A DNA stretch of 48,653 nt from a virus, in the UHGV virus genome UHGV-1372840. One strand, written 5' to 3'. The translations under genes were made by a program, and so were the position numbers. The notes beneath the pieces were generated by a model. The model was not told the DNA's origin and searched no databases. It saw only the letters and a list, made by a program, of their open reading frames with translations. This document shows, in pieces, positions 46,169-48,653 of the stretch (positions are counted from its first letter, which is position 1; each line of letters opens with the position of its first letter).

Positions 46169-46186
46169 AATTAGCCTCGACGTCAT

Positions 46187-46216
46187 CGTGTGGTATTGAC
46201 GGGTTCGTCAACCATT
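46187..46216 (+). promoter_or_regulatory. Promoter with perfect palindrome TTGACGggttCGTCAA
   Basis: -35 46187-46192, 17 nt, -10 TACACT. Confidence 0.5.
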
Positions 46217-46259
46217 GATACACTCAGTACACGAATTAGAGTGAGAGGGTTTATAAATT

Positions 46260-46559
46260 ATGGGAAGCCTTGTTGAAGATATCCTGCGTCATGTCCCCAC
46301 GAAACAATGGCGTAAGAAGTGTGACAGGATTGCGTCGCGTGAGTTACATCTCGCACGAGTTCCAGGGATTCATCACAGGTATGGTAAGTGGGAGGCAGTG
46401 GTCTTCTACAGGAATGTCACGCTGACGATCGGTTGTTTCAATACTCCACATCGCGCGTTGTTGGCAAGAAAACTGTGGTACTTCTGGCGTGAGCGCGGAT
46501 TCACTCCGCAGGAGATACCGAAAGGTCCAAAACGCGAACCATATTCGAGGTCACGATGA
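46260..46559 (+). CDS. Small AP2-like DNA-binding protein
   Basis: GIHHRYGKWEAVVFYRNVTLTIGCFNTPHRALLARKLWYF resembles an AP2 fold (YrGV..GKW.A.i.....lG.F.t.e.A). Confidence 0.4.
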   Translation: MGSLVEDILRHVPTKQWRKKCDRIASRELHLARVPGIHHRYGKWEAVVFYRNVTLTIGCFNTPHRALLARKLWYFWRERGFTPQEIPKGPKREPYSRSR

Positions 46560-46690
46560 GAACAAAACACTATCGTAGCTTCTTCATTATCAGAGGTATC
46601 GTGGTCGAGGATGAAGGGTATTTATGTGCTGACAAGGTTGTCATGAAGTATTACGGTCGTCACTATGTGGACAGGATTGGTAAATAAAGC
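46556..46690 (+). CDS. Small hypothetical protein (44 aa)
   Basis: ATGA-coupled to the upstream gene. Confidence 0.25.
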
Positions 46691-46710
46691 CCCGTGAGGG
46701 GCTCATATTA
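46686..46710. terminator. Terminator hairpin GCCCC-gtga-GGGGC
   Basis: Followed by TTTATTTA on the - strand. Confidence 0.55.
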
Positions 46711-46711
46711 A

Positions 46712-47341
46712 TTAGTTCGATGCAATAATGCCAGAGGCACGCAGTTGGGTAAGCAGGTTATTTAATTTTGTCGCCACCGTGTTAACAGCCGTAGTTGCCG
46801 AGGCAGCCACGGCTGCCGCATCCTCTCCCGATACCGTCTGCGATCCGACATTGGGGACCGCTGAGCCTTGCGCGAACTTATCACCAGCCATTGCCGTTGT
46901 TGCAGTTGTGCCAATGACCAGACTTGAAGTGCCCGCGCCAATTGCGGTACGTGCTTCGGCGGCGTCCGCACCCGCAGCGATAACAGCGGGTTTCCCGGTA
47001 ATATCACCCCACGCCACAGGGCCGCTACTTGAAGGGGTCACGGTTCCCATCATTTGAACCATTGTATTGTTACGGATGATTGGCGCACCTAATGGCTGAA
47101 TCTCATCAGTCATGACAGCCATTACAGCGTCAGCCAGACCCTGGGGGTCTACACCAACAACAGCCTGATAATCGTCGGAGATGTACCCGCTTACAGGCTC
47201 ACCTGTGACAACCACCTGTCGAGGCATACCACCTCGGATGAATATCTCACCAAGTGGCGTTTTACCTGTTGCAGCATTGACGAGCGCAACGAGTTCGCTA
47301 ACTGTATTAGCAGAAAGAACTTCGTGAGTTGTTACCGACAT
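46712..47341 (-). CDS. Tail fiber-like protein
   Basis: C-terminal GADAAEARTAIGAG resembles the conserved side-tail-fiber motif (aAR.alG.G). Confidence 0.45.
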   Translation of the reverse strand: MSVTTHEVLSANTVSELVALVNAATGKTPLGEIFIRGGMPRQVVVTGEPVSGYISDDYQAVVGVDPQGLADAVMAVMTDEIQPLGAPIIRNNTMVQMMGTVTPSSSGPVAWGDITGKPAVIAAGADAAEARTAIGAGTSSLVIGTTATTAMAGDKFAQGSAVPNVGSQTVSGEDAAAVAASATTAVNTVATKLNNLLTQLRASGIIASN

Positions 47342-47350
47342 TCAATTACC

Positions 47351-47770
47351 TCATATGGCTAATGCGCCCATACCGACGCGTTTACGGAGCCTGTAGAACT
47401 GCTGCCCATATACGGACCAGGTTAGCCAGTCATTGTTGACCTCAAGCATTGCCGGGACACGATATGAAATAGACTCATCCCCTACGGATTTTGTCGCCAC
47501 GTTAAGACGTGCTTCCTGATTGACATCACTGTTCAGTCCTTCCGGATAGTAAACAGCGAGCCAGTGTGCGGCATAATAGAACATTCCGCGTTGTTTCAGG
47601 TTCCCGCACGCCGCCTCGTAACTTCCCCAGCGCTTACTACCCGTCTCGGTATCAGCCTCACACAATGCGTACTGAATGAGGCTGTCCGGGAAATCGGTAG
47701 TGGACGAGAAAGCCTGACCGCCGAGCGGCCAGATGCGAAAATCTGCGATGACTTCGGCGGTGATATCCAT
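47351..47770 (-). CDS. Hypothetical tail-module protein
   Basis: Start at MDITAEV, 1 nt after the upstream stop. The longer track ORF overlaps the upstream gene and is rejected. Confidence 0.4.
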   Translation of the reverse strand: MDITAEVIADFRIWPLGGQAFSSTTDFPDSLIQYALCEADTETGSKRWGSYEAACGNLKQRGMFYYAAHWLAVYYPEGLNSDVNQEARLNVATKSVGDESISYRVPAMLEVNNDWLTWSVYGQQFYRLRKRVGMGALAI

Positions 47771-47771
47771 G

Positions 47772-48128
47772 TTACATACCCACAGTGAATACAGCGACGA
47801 CTTTGGCAATGTCAGTACCAGTGATACCAGACAGTACGATACGACCTTTCGTTGCAGACGTGTTGAACACCGGGGGACTGTATGTCGCAGCGGCACCGCA
47901 TTTCGTTGCATCCACGCTCACATCACCGGTGCCGGGTGCCATCCACTGACCGGGAAGTAACTGCATCGTTGGTGTGACGGTGCCGGCTGTCGGCGTAACG
48001 ATAGCACCACTGGAGTTATAGAACGCCACACGGAAGTCGCATTTGTTGTGATTCTGGTCAATGAGTCCAGTCTCATACGTGCCGTCTGCCGTTGTAGTCA
48101 GTGTGATAGTGTATTGATAACCGCTCAT
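47772..48128 (-). CDS. Hypothetical structural protein
   Basis: 118 aa Thr/Gly-rich beta-type. Confidence 0.35.
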   Translation of the reverse strand: MSGYQYTITLTTTADGTYETGLIDQNHNKCDFRVAFYNSSGAIVTPTAGTVTPTMQLLPGQWMAPGTGDVSVDATKCGAAATYSPPVFNTSATKGRIVLSGITGTDIAKVVAVFTVGM

Positions 48129-48529
48129 AGATTGACCCCGTTATAGCTTACAAACTGACCATTCTGAATGACCAGTCCTGGAATTGTTGGTGGTTCGGCC
48201 CAGCGCAAATGTGATGCAATGTTCTGCGCCGCGTTAGTGTCACGATTCGTCAGTACCAGATTAAGCACTGCGCCTGGTAAAATCAATTGTGGACTTGATA
48301 TCGCACTCAATGCTGCGCCTCTGGACTGGTTACTGGTATTACCGAAAATATATTTTACCGAACGGGTCTGGACACCGTCTGTCGTCACCGTTGCACCGCT
48401 GTAGATGTTGGCCGTATTGGCCTGTGCAATAATGTCATTGGCGTTGTTAATTTCAGTAACAAGTGTGCCACCCGTGTACGTGGGTGCACGAAAGATTGCG
48501 GCATTCACACCGACGCCATCATATGACAA
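48125..48529 (-). CDS. Hypothetical structural protein
   Basis: 134 aa coupled. Confidence 0.35.
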   Translation of the reverse strand: MSYDGVGVNAAIFRAPTYTGGTLVTEINNANDIIAQANTANIYSGATVTTDGVQTRSVKYIFGNTSNQSRGAALSAISSPQLILPGAVLNLVLTNRDTNAAQNIASHLRWAEPPTIPGLVIQNGQFVSYNGVNL

Positions 48530-48532
48530 CTG

Positions 48533-48653
48533 ACGGTCGAAGAGAATTACCGGACGTGACCCAGCGACGAAGATGGTCTTATTCGATGCACCCGCAGCAA
48601 CGCTGGTAACAGTGGAAGCCTCAAAAACATACCCCTGTCTCTCCCAGATATCC
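48533..48653 (-). CDS. Partial ORF continuing beyond the window end
   Basis: Open frame on the - strand to the window edge. Confidence 0.25.

Noticed and set aside
47771-47911. Upstream extension of ORF 47351..47911
   Set aside because: Overlaps the upstream gene 47772..48128 out of frame. The internal ATG at 47770 lies 1 nt after that gene's stop, matching the coupled arrangement elsewhere.

Overview
The window appears to be about 48.6 kb of a tailed dsDNA bacteriophage genome with a contractile, Mu/P2-style tail. Lysogeny functions: none are seen; there is no integrase or CI-like repressor. Host and promoter style: sigma70-like promoters, the DUF551 motifs and the lysis genes suggest an enterobacterial-type Gram-negative host; this is an inference.

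Layout of the window, left to right:
- 75-10712 (- strand): head and packaging module. It holds the small and large terminase subunits, portal, head-morphogenesis protein, scaffold/protease-like protein, decoration-like protein and major capsid protein. An HNH endonuclease and two rightward islands of small accessory genes are inserted in it.
- 10802-11002: a roughly 200 bp repeat element. A near-identical second copy lies at 45758-45960.
- 11073-26731: early genes and replication. These include a Cys-rich protein, an HTH-metallophosphoesterase fusion, and a primase-helicase. Also here are a TetR-like protein, a VRR-NUC nuclease and an SF2 helicase. Further along are an exonuclease with a Cas4-like Cys cluster, an SSB-like protein, and a family B DNA polymerase split in two by an HNH-AP2 homing endonuclease gene. 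Two further homing-endonuclease genes lie here, one HNH-AP2 and one HNH-like.
- 26747-28744: two membrane proteins on the - strand, then a lysis cassette on the + strand (SAR endolysin, i-spanin, o-spanin).
- 28739-45596 (- strand): contractile-tail module with fibers, a tailspike, baseplate proteins resembling P2 J/W/V, a hub protein with a lytic-transglycosylase domain, tape measure, chaperone, tube and sheath. It is interrupted by an island of tandemly duplicated Rha/KilAC antirepressor genes on the + strand, a GIY-YIG homing endonuclease, and a 460 bp noncoding insert.
- 45758 to the end: the second repeat copy, a tandem 65 bp repeat, a small AP2-like gene, then more tail-fiber-like genes on the - strand.

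The most notable non-genic signal is a family of nine 16 bp palindromes, TTGACG-N4-CGTCAA. Eight overlap a promoter -35 box and one lies at the +1 of a leftward promoter. Seven sit at the rightward early and accessory promoters and two at leftward promoters. This looks like a single operator-controlled early regulon.

All calls rest on the ORF track, motif reading and gene context. No database search was possible. Coordinates of the non-ORF elements are approximate, within a few nt.
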